A DNA stretch of 64,000 bases from positions 392,150,001-392,214,000 of the forward strand of contig OZ024740.1 of NCBI GenBank assembly GCA_964016885.1, in the 5' to 3' direction. This stretch comes from Eledone cirrhosa (Eukaryota). The position numbers were made by a program, and so were the translations under genes. Under the pieces are notes generated by a model. The model saw only the letters and a program-made list of their open reading frames with translations. It was not told where the DNA came from and did not search any database. Of this stretch, positions 24,864 through 38,288 are shown one piece after another. Each line of letters starts with the position of its first letter. Positions within the stretch are counted from its first letter, which is position 1.

Positions 24864-24865
<2 letters not shown>
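24535..24865. mobile_element. Tigger/pogo-like MITE in a TA tract
   Basis: Right end CCCCTGCAAATACCGGGGGACAACTG and degenerate left end CAATGTACCCCC..CAGCATTCAC resemble Tigger-type TIRs; TA context. Confidence 0.55.
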
Positions 24866-24924
<59 letters not shown>

Positions 24925-24976
24925 ATCACCATTTAATGTCCAGCCTTTCTCTATTTGCTTCTACACTTCAACTGTT

Positions 24977-25281
24977 ATTATTTTGTACGGGGTCGATAAA
25001 ATAAAGTACCAGTAATGTACTGGGTAATTGCTGGCCTTGTGCCTAAAAATAGAAACAATTATTTTGTAGTTGTAAGGCGGTAGATTGGCAGTATCGGTAG
25101 AGGGTCGGATGCCATGCTTTCCAGCATAGTTACGTCCCTTAACGATCTGAGTTCAAATCCTGCTGAGGTTGACTTTGCCTTTCATCCTTACGGGGTCGAT
25201 AAAATAAAGTACCAGTAATGCACTGGGTTGTGTAATGCTGGCCTTGTGCCAAAAAGTAGAAACAATTATTTTGTAGTTGTA
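24977..25281 (+). mobile_element. Two tandem Deu/Nin-like SINEs with nested target-site duplications
   Basis: Truncated copy 24988-25057 and full copy 25075-25264; ATTATTTTGTAGTTGTA at 25058-25074 and 25265-25281; ATTATTTTGTA also at 24977-24987. Confidence 0.85.
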
Positions 25282-27297
25282 TGGATTCTGTCAGTAGTTT
25301 CCTGGGTTTTCTATCTAAATTCTAAAACTCATTTAGCTTCCAGTTTATTATATCTAAGCTATAGTTTATAACTGGTACGGTCAGTACACTTATACCTGTT
25401 ATCACATTTCTAGTATTTATTATCATTGTTGGTGTTGCTGCTATTGTTGTTGTGAAAGATGCCTTGCAGTATTTGTTCTGACTCTTTACATTCTGATTTT
25501 AAATCTCACTGAAGAACTTCACCTTTCATCCTTTTGGGATTGATAAAAATAATACCAGTCAAATGCTGGAGTAATTTTAATCGATTTTCTTTTCCCCATC
25601 TCCCTTCAATTGCTGACCATCATCATCATCATCTTCTTTCATTGGCAGCATCAGTAGAAGATGGTATCAGAATTTGAACTTAAAATGCAAAGGGCAGGAA
25701 TAGCTATAGTAAGGCATCCCATCTGATGTGGTAACAATTATACCAATCCACTGTGCTAGACAAGCACTTTATTTATTAACTCCAAATGGACAAAAGGCAA
25801 AGTAGATCTTTGCAGAGTTCAGAGAGCCAGAACAAATACTACAAGCATTGTATTTGATGTTCTAACATCTCTGTGAGATTGTGATAAGATTAAAAACAGA
25901 AATAAATAATTAGTACAAGTTGATAATATATTTACCACTCCCCATTAAAGTGTGTAGCATTTATTATATAAGTTAGATTTTCCCTAGGAAAGTAAAATGT
26001 GCATCTCTTAAACAGTTAAGAGATATAACTTTGATTGTATATAAACAACCCATAAAATAAGAAAGAATAAAATTGTATAGGGATTTGAGGGTTATTAAAA
26101 ACTCAGACTGTGTAAGAATTTCCTGAAAAACTCTTTACTGTTTCTGCATTATAAATACTATCATCACTCCTTTATCGTGTACCTCTTTTCTTTCTTTCTT
26201 CACCACCACCACCATTGTACACTATATCAAGATTAATAGTAGAAATTCTAGTTATGATGGTAGTCGTGGTAGTGTGGAAGTATAAAATGTGGCAAGAATA
26301 TTTCATGATTGGATAAACACAGCTTAGATATATATCGATTCCACCAGTATTTTGAGTAATGATATGAAATCTAATTGAAACAACTTCCCTGATGCATGTC
26401 CATCCAATTATTTTGAATGTTTTCTTATGTAGAAATGCCTTGCTAAGAGTTCTCAATCATTGATTGTTTTTTGTTGAAAGAAAGCATTTCTTTAAAAGCA
26501 ATTCCGAAATTATCAATTATCATGAATATCCTTATTTTGGTGGTGTCATTTTAACCTTTCTATGGTTTGTCTGCTAATATATATTATTTATGTAAAAGTA
26601 GAATCACAGCTCAGTGGGACAATGGAGTGTCAGACTGCTAGTAGAAGTTCATATCTCATTAATTACACTGCATTGTGTTTGTGAATTAAGAATAAAAAAA
26701 TTAACTACCATTTGCTTTATCCACATAAGCTGTGAGTAGTTGCGGTTTACTGCTATAAGAGGCTAGAGAAAGCTGTGATGAAATACAAAATATGTTTCTT
26801 TCACTGGCAGTAGCTGAAGTCAAGCATTTTCTATAGGCTAGTAAAAGACCTTGGGAAATCACCCCATCATTTACACTGAAATGAAACTCCTCAATTTTCT
26901 ATTCAGGCTTATCATTGGATCTAATTCCTGGTTCTGATTTCATGTGACATGTGATAGTGGGCTGACTGGCTGCCTGCTTGGTTGGTCCATCTTACATTAA
27001 ACTCAAGATGCACTGGAATACACCACTATATAGATAGCTTATTTAACTAGAAGAGATTTCACTACCATGGCATAAGAATGATGGTTCTGATGTTTATGGG
27101 AGACAGTTATTTGGCTTTTCTGAATCCTGCCAATCTTGCATGACCCCGCTTATAACATAACATTACTTGATATATCTACCTCTCTTCTGTACTTAATACT
27201 TTGCCCTTTTCTTCTCTTTTTCCTTTTACCACCCTCCCTTAAACTTCTACTGTGCCTACATGTTCCTTTTAACTTCTAATTGGTAAAAGATTTTGAG

Positions 27298-27512
27298 TTA
27301 ACTCTTTAACATTTAAACCAGCTGTATCCGGCCACAATTTTCTCACCTCGTTCTGTTCAAACCGGCCGTAACTTACTACTCATATTAATGTTAAAGCATT
27401 GTTCTCAAAATAAATAATGTCAAAATCTCATAGATTCGATATTATGTGAGATAATTATGTGAGATAAAGTGTTTACTGTGAAAATAGAGTAATGTAAATG
27501 TTAAAGGGTTAA
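27298..27512. mobile_element. piggyBac-type MITE (family 1), opposite orientation to 938-1152
   Basis: TTAA at both ends; shared body AAAATCTCATAGATTCGATATTATGTGAGATAA. Confidence 0.8.
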
Positions 27513-29702
27513 ATAATATGCTGCTCTAGTCTCATCTACTTACCCTTTAATCTTTGGAGACATAAACAAAGTGTGTCCCTTTTTCCATCATATTACCAGA
27601 TTATAAAAAAAATATAACTTGGAAGAATCTCATGTCAACATGGAAAAATGGATGTTAAATGATAATAATATTGATATATATATATTGAGAGAGAGCATGT
27701 GAGTTTAGAAAACAATGAGCTAAATTTGAAAATTGAATTAGATTTTGCTGTGTTTTTAACTAAATAAAATAATCTAATAACGAGGATGGAAAAAGATCAG
27801 TGAACATGGAGGTTGAACCCACACCTCTTGTTTACTGTTTTCTAAACATTTGCTTTCTTTGCTTACCTATAACTCTTCAGTTATAGCTTCTAAAAATAAT
27901 GGAAGGAGATGGGTGGGCATATTGGTGTAAATGGTAGTGCACTTGTCCGTTTGGTTGATTGATATTTTTAGAAAATGTAGAAATCTCAAGTACAGAAAAT
28001 AACTGTAAACAGTTGATTGTTATAAATAGTAACTTAGAAAATTGGATAAAAAAAAACAAAAAAACCAATAGATGGGAAAACTGTTCCTTACTTATGCAAG
28101 CAAACACACACACATATACATATGTATATCTTTGTTAAAGCAAAGTTTGAGTTTCTCCTGTGTAGTCTGAGTCATCAGTACTCATTCTCATGATTGAGTA
28201 CAAAGGGTGTGTGTGTATGTGTGTGTATATATATATTGTCAAGACTAAGTACATGATGTAGTCACTACTTTATGGTCTTCAAAACATACAGTATATTATC
28301 AAAGTTACATTACGTACATTCATATATACATCTCTATTTCAGAGCACCAATACTAATATATGTGCGTGTGTGTGTGTGGTTGTTTCTCTGTCTCTTCTCT
28401 TTGCTTTGTATTTGATATTGCTTGTGATTGGCATCAATAGAAGTCCCAGCTGTAGAATTTAACCTCAAAAAGTCTCATCAGGGAAAAACGAATGTAAAAG
28501 TGATAATGATGACAATGATGATGATGTTATATATAATAAGCTATTTATTATTATTTGTAAATACCACTTGAGTGACATGAACACTACAGCTTTCCATTTT
28601 CACTTGTATAAACATCTGACTCTATGCTTAGTGCCTGTAGAAGAAATCATTATTGGTTAGGATTTCATACTAGTGATAGCATTCTCATCTACTATCATCA
28701 AAATTTTGATACATTTCTTTGTGTGAAATTTGTTTTAGTTTTGTAACAAATAAATATTGTCTTACATTGTTGCGAAGATCAAGAAAGAAATCTCTCAACA
28801 ACTTCTCACAGTTACTATTTGTGTGTCCTACATGTGTTGTAGTGAATGTTCCAAGTCCCATTTTCTGATAATAAGCTATGTAAAGTAATGTTAACAAGCC
28901 AATTAAAGCCAGCTTATATCAGTGACAGGAGTTAGGGGATTTTATTTACTTTATAACAAAAGCCTTCTTATTTATATATATTGATGTATCTAAATGTGTT
29001 TACTTCTGTCCTAATAACTTTTTTGTTTGTTTATATCACTTACTTCTAAGAAGACTTTTCTTTTTGTAAATTAAACATGCAATTCTCTTCTAAAAGACAT
29101 TAGTAGTCTCCTTTTGGTTTTGATTTGATTTTTTTCTTTTTTTATATATACATTTTTGTTTTTATTTTTCTTTATTTCTGGCACATTACTATCATAACCT
29201 TTATCATTATGAAGATCGTATCATCATCATTATATCATCACCAGCAGCAACAGTATCATTACCATAAACATCATTGTAACATTATGCTGATCATAACAAC
29301 CACCACTTGATACAGAGTGGAGTTCTAATGGATATATTTTATTTTGTTGACATTCCACTTCATCAGTTTACAACTAAGACTATGGGTTATGACCATGGGG
29401 CAATTATAATAATATATTTTTTTAAGCCCTTAACTTCTGATGGAGTTGTAGGGATACCATCATGACACATGGCATGTCTTGGGTATTTTAAACTTGGTGG
29501 AGTCATTCCCACTTCAGATATGAAGTGGGGGAATGAGATAAAGAGATATAGAGGGAGAATCTAATACTGGACTAGTACATTATTTATTGAAAGGATGAAG
29601 AACAAAGTGGACCTTGATGAGATTTGGACTCAGAGTGTAATGAGCTGATGACCTAGTGACTTTGTCAATTCACCACTTATGATGATGATGATAATAATAA
29701 TA

Positions 29703-29845
29703 GTTGTTTCTACTTTTGGCGCAAGGCCAGCAATTACCCAGTGCATTACTGGTACTTTATTTTATCGACCCCGTAAGGATGAAAGGCAAAGTTAACCTAG
29801 GCGGGATTTGAACTCAAAATGGAAAGGGCCGTAACTCTATGCCTC
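29703..29845 (-). mobile_element. Deu/Nin-like SINE, 5'-clipped
   Basis: Reverse match to 5620-5756; sits beside (GAT)n(AAT)n. A further fragment lies at about 30377-30432. Confidence 0.8.
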
Positions 29846-29869
29846 CAACTCTATGCAACAATATAGCTA

Positions 29870-30125
29870 GCAAGGAAATGGACAAACTATCCAATTATAG
29901 AGATCTAGAGATAGAAATAAACTGAACGTAGATGTTGAAAACAGAAACAATACCTATAGTAATAGGTGGTCTGAGAATGATAAAAAAAAATTACAGATAG
30001 ATACATAACTAAATCCCCAGGACTCAAATATATACATCATACAAAACATAACACTACTAAGCACTGCACACTTCCTACGAGCAGTGCTTGGTAATGCAGT
30101 GATGATGCGCAATAAACTACGACTA
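29870..30125 (+). pseudogene. R4/Dong-like LINE 3' relic
   Basis: KEMDKLSNYRDLEIEI, KTETIPIVIG and TAHFLRAVL match the end of a restriction-like endonuclease; followed by TAA-rich repeats. Confidence 0.72.
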
Positions 30126-30190
30126 ATAATAATAGTATTAACAACAACAACAACAGTACTACTACTACTACTACTAATAATAATACTAAT

Positions 30191-30288
30191 AATAGACAAT
30201 ACAAAGAGCGTGATGCGATTGCAATCGCATCACGCTCTTCGTATTGACTATTTACCTTTGTGAAGAGTTACGTGAATCCTTTTAAAAT
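30191..30288. repeat. 62-bp loopless palindrome plus short tail in a (TAA)n tract
   Basis: 30191-30221 and 30222-30252 are reverse complements with 2 mismatches. Confidence 0.85.
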
Positions 30289-30459
30289 ATAATAATAATA
30301 ATAATTTCTTTGTTAGCCACACAGGGCTCACATTAAGGAAACATTAAAGACGGCACAGGACGATCCAGTAATAATAATTGTTTCTACTTTAGGCACAAGG
30401 CCAGCAATTACCTAGTGCATTACTGGTACTTTATCCAGTAATAATAATAACAATAATAA

Positions 30460-31125
30460 TCTCAAAATCTACCAGAAGTACATAATGAAGCAGAACACAG
30501 GAACTGAAGAATATGTGGTGGTAGGAAAGAAACAGTTAATATTATCTCTGGCTGTGCTGTCCTAGCCAAAAAGAAATATATCAACAGACAAGATAGAGTT
30601 GCGATTTACATACACAGAAAGTTATGCCAACATTATGGAATACCAGCAGAAAAAAGATGGTACAGACATACACCAGAAAAGGTGTCAGAGACGGACAAAG
30701 AAATCATACTTTGGTATATGCTAATGCATAATCAAAGCCAACCAAATGAATTTTATAGACCAAGGCCAGAAAAAAATGTCTTCTAATTGATGTATTAATC
30801 CCTACAGACAACAATATATGTATCAAGAAAATGGAGAAACTATCCAAATATAAAGATCTAGAGATAGAAAAAACCCAAATTTGAATGATGAAAACAGAAA
30901 TGATACCTATAATAATAGGTGCTCTGGGAATGATAAAAAAATACAGATACATAACCCAACCCCATGACTCACAAATATATACAGCATACAGAAAATTTGT
31001 ACGCTACTTGTCACTACACACATATTACAAAAAGTACTCAATACAATAGAAACAAAACGTACCAAGGTGTACAGAGCTGTGCTTGGTAATGCAGAGACAA
31101 ACACACAATAAAAGTAAGACTAATA
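30460..31125 (+). pseudogene. R4/Dong-like LINE 3' relic (zinc knuckle to endonuclease)
   Basis: IISGCAVLAKKKYINRQDRV, WYRHTPEKV, CLLIDVLIPTDNN, MEKLSKYKDLEIE, IPIIIGALGMIK; frameshifted; TAA repeats on both sides. Confidence 0.8.
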
Positions 31126-31634
31126 ATGATAAAAATAATAATACACAATATTGTTAATATTAGTAATAATTATCATCATGTTATTATTTACTTAGCCCCC
31201 CCCCCCCCCCCCCTCCATCACTCCTAACTATCATCGTCATCTTTTTTACATCAGTGCTATTTCATTTCCATGCTTGTATGGGGTGAAATGAAAATGAATA
31301 AAAAAGGAAAAATAAACATACCAGAAAATGATCCCTATTTATCAAAGCATTGAAACCATTAACCTAAAAATAAACCTTAAAAAGAAAATAATACTTTACA
31401 GTATGTTTGTTTATTGAATTTTATGAAACTTTGCCGTTTTAAGTAATCCTAGTAGTGGAGATTGTAAAAATATGAGAATTGCAGTTGAGAGCACTCATCT
31501 ACTGACCAAAGTAATAAATATGTGTATTATATATTTGAAAAAGACACTTAACTCTCAATGGCTTAGTCCTCTTAGTAGTAAATAGGTAACATAGAGAAGC
31601 AGTGTATTATCTGTTTCAAAACAAGTCAGGTTAT

Positions 31635-31830
31635 TGTTGTTTAGCCCCAGATCAATTTTGATTAAGCAGACATGATCACAGTCAATCCAGCTGGACCATT
31701 CTATAATTTTTGGTGATGTAGGAATACATTATATAATGTGTCTTTTCCTATTTAAGATGGTGAAATGTGATTTGAGGTAGATTTGCTTCTATTTCTTGCA
31801 GGTCAAGTGACCATATGATGGCTATTCCTT
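31635..31830. repeat. Dispersed repeat family with (AAC)n/(GTT)n end, probably a SINE 3' portion
   Basis: Similar diverged segments at about 1-130, 33370-33500 (reverse), 54800-54895 (reverse) and 59885-60040. Confidence 0.5.
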
Positions 31831-32089
31831 GACCAAAGTTGACATTAAAATTTAGCAGAGATTTGTCTCATAACTCATTGCATCTCTGCAGTATATCTGG
31901 AGCACATCAGTGATGCAAAATCCATGTAAGATATACAATATACACTCATATATAAGATGAGAAATATATGACTAAAAATATCCATGGTAAATGGGGTCGG
32001 CTTATATTAAGTGCTGCAGGTTAAATGTCTTTGAGGCTTGCCTTTTACTCTGCAGTACTGATTAAGAATTAGACATAGGCAAACAAAGG

Positions 32090-32297
32090 CATTTATTTGT
32101 CATATGTTGCTGCCGTTTCACATTAAGAGTCATTCGTAGCATCCTTGTGTAGCAGCTATTTAGCCCGCTTGTTAACTTCTCAGTCAGTGTCCATGTTTCA
32201 CTGCCATACAAAAGTATGGATTCAACAGTTGCAAGGTAGAGTTTAATTTTGATTCTTCTGTGTAATTTGGATTGCCAGATTTTCTTTAGTTTGTGAC
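32090..32297 (-). pseudogene. Relic of a different RTE-group LINE
   Basis: Minus strand HKLKKIWQSKLHRRIKIKLYLATVESILLYGSETWTLTEK and CYTRMLRMTLNV. Confidence 0.7.
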
Positions 32298-34922
32298 CCT
32301 GTAAATGTTTTCATCTTTAGCTGTTAATCTGTTCATTTATTTTACTATACAATCTACTGTCACTACTTTTCACAAAGCCAGAGGTAAAGATAGTACATCT
32401 ATGAATGTGAAACTAGTTTAATTTTCAGAGAAATAAAAACTTCAAAAATTCTTATTCCTTACACTGATATGAATTTAAGGGTTGTATAAATAATTAATGC
32501 TTGTGCTTATTTTTATCTTTTTTATTCAAGGTACTGTTGATTTATTAATTGATAATTTGAGGAAATTCTTAATGAGTCATTCATATGAAGACCAACTGAG
32601 CTGAATGCTCCTTAATTCTGTTAATTACAGTGAAATATTATTCATGTCAATAATTTTTATTATGAAAAAAACCCAAAAAACTGGCTATTTTGTTTTATTT
32701 ATTTAATCTTGCTGTCCTTTTTTCAAGTATGACTCAGCAGAGAAATTTGTTACAAATCAATTCTGTTGGGTAATGTCAAAGAAGAGGAAACTTTTCCCCA
32801 TATCAGTTTGGGGAGCCTTGAAAAATTTTTTTAATAAAGAAAATTTTAAAAGTAATAAAATGGAATTAATAAGTCAGATTATTTTCATTGATAGTACCAG
32901 TGAATATCTCTGTAAACTTACCAGTTGGTGTTCTGGCTTAAAGCTGCATTGAACAACTGAGTGTTGGTTACTTCAATGTTTGGAGAAGGGAAGAAAGTAG
33001 TAGATTGATTGATGTACATGTCAATTTTGATAGGGCTGGAATGGGGTTCTGAGCACTAGTGACTTTAGTACTAATGACAGAGGGCATACAGAAAGGGATA
33101 TAGTTTAATTTAGGGTAGCAGTTGGAGGTTATTTGAAAAAGATACGGCTTGATCTGTTTTCTTTAATGTAAAAGTTAAAATGAAATGGTGAAACTAATAC
33201 AAAGATTAGCTTCTTCTATCAAAACAATTACACACAGATGTGTTGTCCTTTGATGCCAAGAACAGTTTTAGATCAATAATCTAAAGAGCTGAATAAAATA
33301 AAATAAAATAAAATTGTATCTAGAATTACAGGAAACAAAAACTACTTAAACACATGAGTTAATGAGGGGAGCCTCTATGAGGTTACTTGGTTGCTAAAAA
33401 TAACAAGGACACATTAGATAATGTAGTCCTGTGCACCTCTAAAATACAGACTGTTCCTGACTGGAATGTCATTGGCCATATGTCTCCTCAGTCAAGATGT
33501 AATACTACCAACACCCTAGCAACAACTTTGTCATTATTAAATGTAAGGTATAATGTTAAAAAAAGAGAATAAGTACAATTTGAAGAATTTGTTAGAAGTC
33601 TCACTGCCATAGTTATATGCATATTTTCTCTAATTCAAAGGCATATTCTAATTTAGATGATGCTAAAATATATTCTTCAGCATTTGTATTTCAATATGTT
33701 CTCTTTGACATATTAAATTCTTCCTGTCGTAAAGTTCAATTAAAAGTTTTCAGAATTTGGAAATAAACACTGTGTATGGGTGCATGCGTGTGAAATCACT
33801 GCACACAAGGCTCTAATTCTAGTTGCAGTTTTCATTTGTCAATTGTTCTTCTATAAATATTTTGCTTCTTATTTTCTTTTACTTAAGTAATAAAAGATAG
33901 ACATGAGCAGTTCATTTTTTTTTTTTTTTTTTTTTTTAAACTTACTGAGTACTAAAAGCTAGTTTTACATCGATGCTGATTGTGAGACAATTTCAGACTT
34001 TATTTTACAATGTTTCAAATTCGATCTGTAATCAATATCTTTTACTTTAAAGGAAATCCTTGTCATGGTCATAACTGTTTACACTGGAAAGAAACAGCAG
34101 CATTTCTTTAAATCTAATCAAATAGTTGCTACTAAAGCTGTGGAGTTCAGTTAGGATGGTAGCAGATATAATTATATGTATAATTTGGTATCTACAATAT
34201 ATATATATATATACATTGTGCTATCAAGAGACAGGTCTCTTCTTAATAAGGTTGTCTGACTTCCCATTAGTTTGTCATTACTCTGACTCCATGGGTAATA
34301 AAGTGGTTTGGCAAAATTGGGAAGATTTGAAATAAGATGAATAGAACACAACAAAAAAAAAAAAATTCCAGACGAAAATGGAAAGTGTACTTGAAAACCC
34401 CTTTTTTTTTTGTTAATTTACTTGGCGGATGTATATTGCTTTCTTTTTCTAGTGCTTTATTAATAAGAACTGTCCTGATTAAGATCTTGTCTATGACCTA
34501 AACGTATGCACTACATTTAATCTATAGAAACTACCAGGGAGAATGTAAGTGATGCTTGATGGGAACAAGGTACATATAAGTGTAATTCTGAAACACACAT
34601 TATATATATATAGTGGTGGAACGCTGGTGGGTTATATCTGCAATAGTAGAGTACCATCTGTTTGAAGTGAAACAAATTGTTCTCGGAAATGGTGTATTAA
34701 CTGTTGTGGAACTACTTCTATATACATATATATATACTATATATATTATATATATTATATATATATACTATATATATTATATATATATATATACTATATA
34801 TACTATATATAGTATATACATATTATATATATATACTATATATATTATATATATATATATTATATATATATATATTATATTATATATACTATATATATTA
34901 TATATGTATATGTAATATATAT

Positions 34923-34962
34923 TCATCATCATCGTTTAACGTCCATCTTCCACGCTAGCATG

Positions 34963-34965
<3 letters not shown>
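34923..34965 (-). mobile_element. Extremely 5'-truncated RTE (tail and terminal hairpin only)
   Basis: CATCATCATCGTTTAACGTCCATCTTCCACGCTAGCATGGGT between two TA arrays. Confidence 0.85.
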
Positions 34966-35019
<54 letters not shown>

Positions 35020-35020
35020 G

Positions 35021-35052
<32 letters not shown>

Positions 35053-35053
35053 G

Positions 35054-35104
<51 letters not shown>

Positions 35105-35105
35105 G

Positions 35106-35155
<50 letters not shown>

Positions 35156-35162
35156 GTATATA

Positions 35163-35227
<65 letters not shown>

Positions 35228-35290
35228 ATATATATATATGTGTATATATATATATGTGTATATATATATATGTGTATATATATATATGTG

Positions 35291-35415
<125 letters not shown>

Positions 35416-35426
35416 GTATATATATA

Positions 35427-35619
35427 ACGAAGGAAATGTGGTAAGGAACCATGTGGACCATAACGCACCAAAGTACTCAATACTTGAGGTAGTAGAGTGG
35501 GTAATAGGAACCAGTAAGACCCCGACAGCTGAGCTCAAGCCGTTTCGACGGCTAATTCAGTCCAGAATTAGCCGTCGAAACGGCTTGAGCTCAGCTGTTG
35601 GGGTCTTACTGGTTCCTAT
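35427..35619 (-). mobile_element. Fold-back element (55-bp arms), probable Penelope-type pLTR remnant with the 3' half of a hammerhead
   Basis: 35504-35558 and 35565-35619 are reverse complements with 1 mismatch and a 6-nt loop; minus strand reads stem, GAAAC GGCTTGAGCTCAGCT GTC; embedded in TA arrays. Confidence 0.65.
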
Positions 35620-35622
35620 ATG

Positions 35623-35697
<75 letters not shown>

Positions 35698-35711
35698 ATA
35701 TATCATGTACA

Positions 35712-36421
35712 TACTCTTTTACCTGTTCCAGCCATCTGGCTGAGGCCATGCTGGGGCACCACCCTTGTTGCTACACATTTTATCTCCAGCCTGTATTGGT
35801 TGGCCACTGGTGTAAGAGGGAGTTTGTTGCTGCTGCCCTTAGGTTTCCCTCGTGCCTTGCTGTGGGCTCATCCGGGATCCTGGATAGCAAGGTGTCGAGA
35901 TGTTTCTTGAAAACATCCACCTCCACACCATGCAAATCTCTCAGATCCCTCAGCAGCTTGTTGAAGAGTTGAGGGCCCTTGAACCCCAGGCTATTGTAAT
36001 ATCTGCTCCTTATTTTAGATGTGGAAGACGGGACCTTTGGCACCACACAGTGACGTCCTGTTCGACTGTTGGTCCAGCTCCCAATGCCAAAGTTTGGTGC
36101 TAGTCCCTCCAGGACTTTCCACATGTAGATCACTGCGTATCTCTCCCGTCTTCGTTCCAAGGAGTAGAGGTTCAGTTCTTTTAGCCTCTCCCAGTAGCTT
36201 ATCTCCTTCATCGTGGCAATCCTCTTGGTGTAGCTTTGCTGGATTGCCTCAAGCTCCGTGGTTAGTTTGACACTATGGGGTGACCACAACTGGGAGCAAT
36301 AGTCCAGGCAGCTTAGGACAAATGTCCTCCATAGTGTCAACATGGTGTGTCGGTCTCTTGTCCGGAAAGTCCTCAAGATCCAGCCAGCGAGTCGTTTGCA
36401 CATTGTCGCCACTTTCATGAT
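35712..36421 (-). mobile_element. CR1-group LINE 3' fragment
   Basis: ORF 35780-36418: LDYCSQLWSP, SYWERLKELNLYSLERRRERY, FKKHLD; near-identical inverted copy at about 39403-40110. Confidence 0.85.
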
Positions 36422-38288
36422 AAAATGGAGTTTCTATCTACTCCTTTCCTACACACTGAGCATGGGCATTTCACAGAGGGGACCAGTGCCCTATTTTCCT
36501 TCCTACATACTAGAACTTTAGTTTTAGACAAGTTAATTTTAAGGCCTTTTGATTCTAGGCCATGCTTCCAAGTTTGGAATTTCTTCTCTAGTTCAGCCAT
36601 TGATTCAGCTATGAGCGTTAGATCATCTGCGTATAGAAGTTCCCATGGGCAGCCGGATTTGTACTCCTCTGTTATAGCCTGAAGGGCAATAATAAATAGG
36701 AGGGGGCTAAGGACAGAGCCCTGATGAACACCGACTTTTACGCTGAACTCTTCACTATATTCGTTGTTAATTCTAACCTTGCTGACTGTTTCTTTATACA
36801 TGGCTTGTATAGCTCTCACAAGCCATTCATCAATACCTAGTTTTCTAAGAGCCCACCAGTTAATGGAGCGGGGGACTCTGTCAAAGGCCTTCTCCAAGTC
36901 AACAAAAGCTAAGTATAGGGGTTTACTTTTAGCTAGGTACTTCTCCTGAAGTTGTCGTACAAGGAAAAGAGCGTCTGTGGTACTTTTACCTGATACAAAC
37001 CCAAACTGCATTTCATCTAGATCAATTCACTCTCCGATTAGTTGCGCTATAACTTTTTCTGTGACCTTCATGATCTGGTCAATTAATTTAATGCCTCTAT
37101 AGTTTCGCCTCTCTAAGGCATCTCTTTTACCCTTGTAGCAATTAATGATGATGCTGCTACACCAGTCATTTGGTATAACCCCATTCTGTATGACTTGGTT
37201 TACTATCCCGGAGACCATAGTGTGTCCCACCGATCCAGATGCTTTCAGCATTTCAGCAACTATCTCCGAAGGCCCAGCTGCTTTGCCTGTCTTCATCTCT
37301 TTGATTGCCTTACTTATTATACTACCTTCAACTTGCACTGCTGGTCCCTCTATTGGATTGATTTGGGGCAGACTATCTGTTTCCCATTTATTCTCCTCAT
37401 TTAGTAGCCTCTCGTAGTGACACTTCTAAGTTACTTTCTTATCAGTATCAGAGACAGCAAGTATACCATCATCATTACGTACACACTTCTCCCCGACAAT
37501 ATCACGATTTTCCTTGACACATTGTCTAGCAATCCTGAACACCTCACGTTTTTGGTCCTCGCGTTGTAGAACATGCTTGAACTTTCTTTCCTCTGCTTCC
37601 CTTCTTGCAAGATACACTTGTCTCCTAGCTTCCCTCCTCGCCGTTTGATAGTGTTCTCTACTTCCCCCATCCCGCCATACTTTCCAAGCTTGCTTCTTGG
37701 TCTTGATTGACTCCTCCACCTTACTGTTCCACCACCATGTTACTCTCTTCCTGCCTATAGGTCTGCTCCAGCCATAGGTTTCATCTGTTGCCTTCAGCAG
37801 GTTAACTTTCAGGAATTCCCATGTTCCTCTATACTGTATGTCTCTAATTGCTCTTCCTTACTGTCAAAAGCATTGAGTAGTATGCTTTTAAATTTATTAC
37901 TGGCTGTGGGGTCCTTTAACTTCCATATTCTTCTTCTCAGGGTAGTCCTCCTCTGTTGTCGAGTACGTCTTGTCCTGACTATAAGGTCACTAACTATTAG
38001 GCTATGTTGGGAGGTGCATTCTTCGCGGGGGAGGAATTTAGTGTTTACAACCGACACTTTGTCACGTCTTCTGGTAAGGATATAATGTATCTAACTGGCG
38101 TGTTCCCCTGATCTATAGGTGATCAAGTGATTGTCTTGTTTTTTGAAGTTTGTGTTGCAGATAGTTAGGTTATTTGCGTCTCAGAATTCCAGAATTCTGA
38201 AGTCTTCCTCATTTCTGGTACCGAACCCGTAGCCTCCATGGATTCCATCATAGCCATCACAATGTTGTCCAACATGACCATTTAGGTC
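36422..38288 (-). mobile_element. Internal RTE LINE fragment (endonuclease half to start of PHD finger)
   Basis: ORFs 37809-38057, 37426-37719, 37027-37338 and 36415-37011 are collinear with the RTE ORF; neither end is a natural terminus. Confidence 0.92.

Noticed and set aside
25900-29500. Host gene exons in the non-repetitive stretches
   Set aside because: Only short ORFs with no recognisable domain or convincing splice pattern; small exons cannot be excluded without RNA data.
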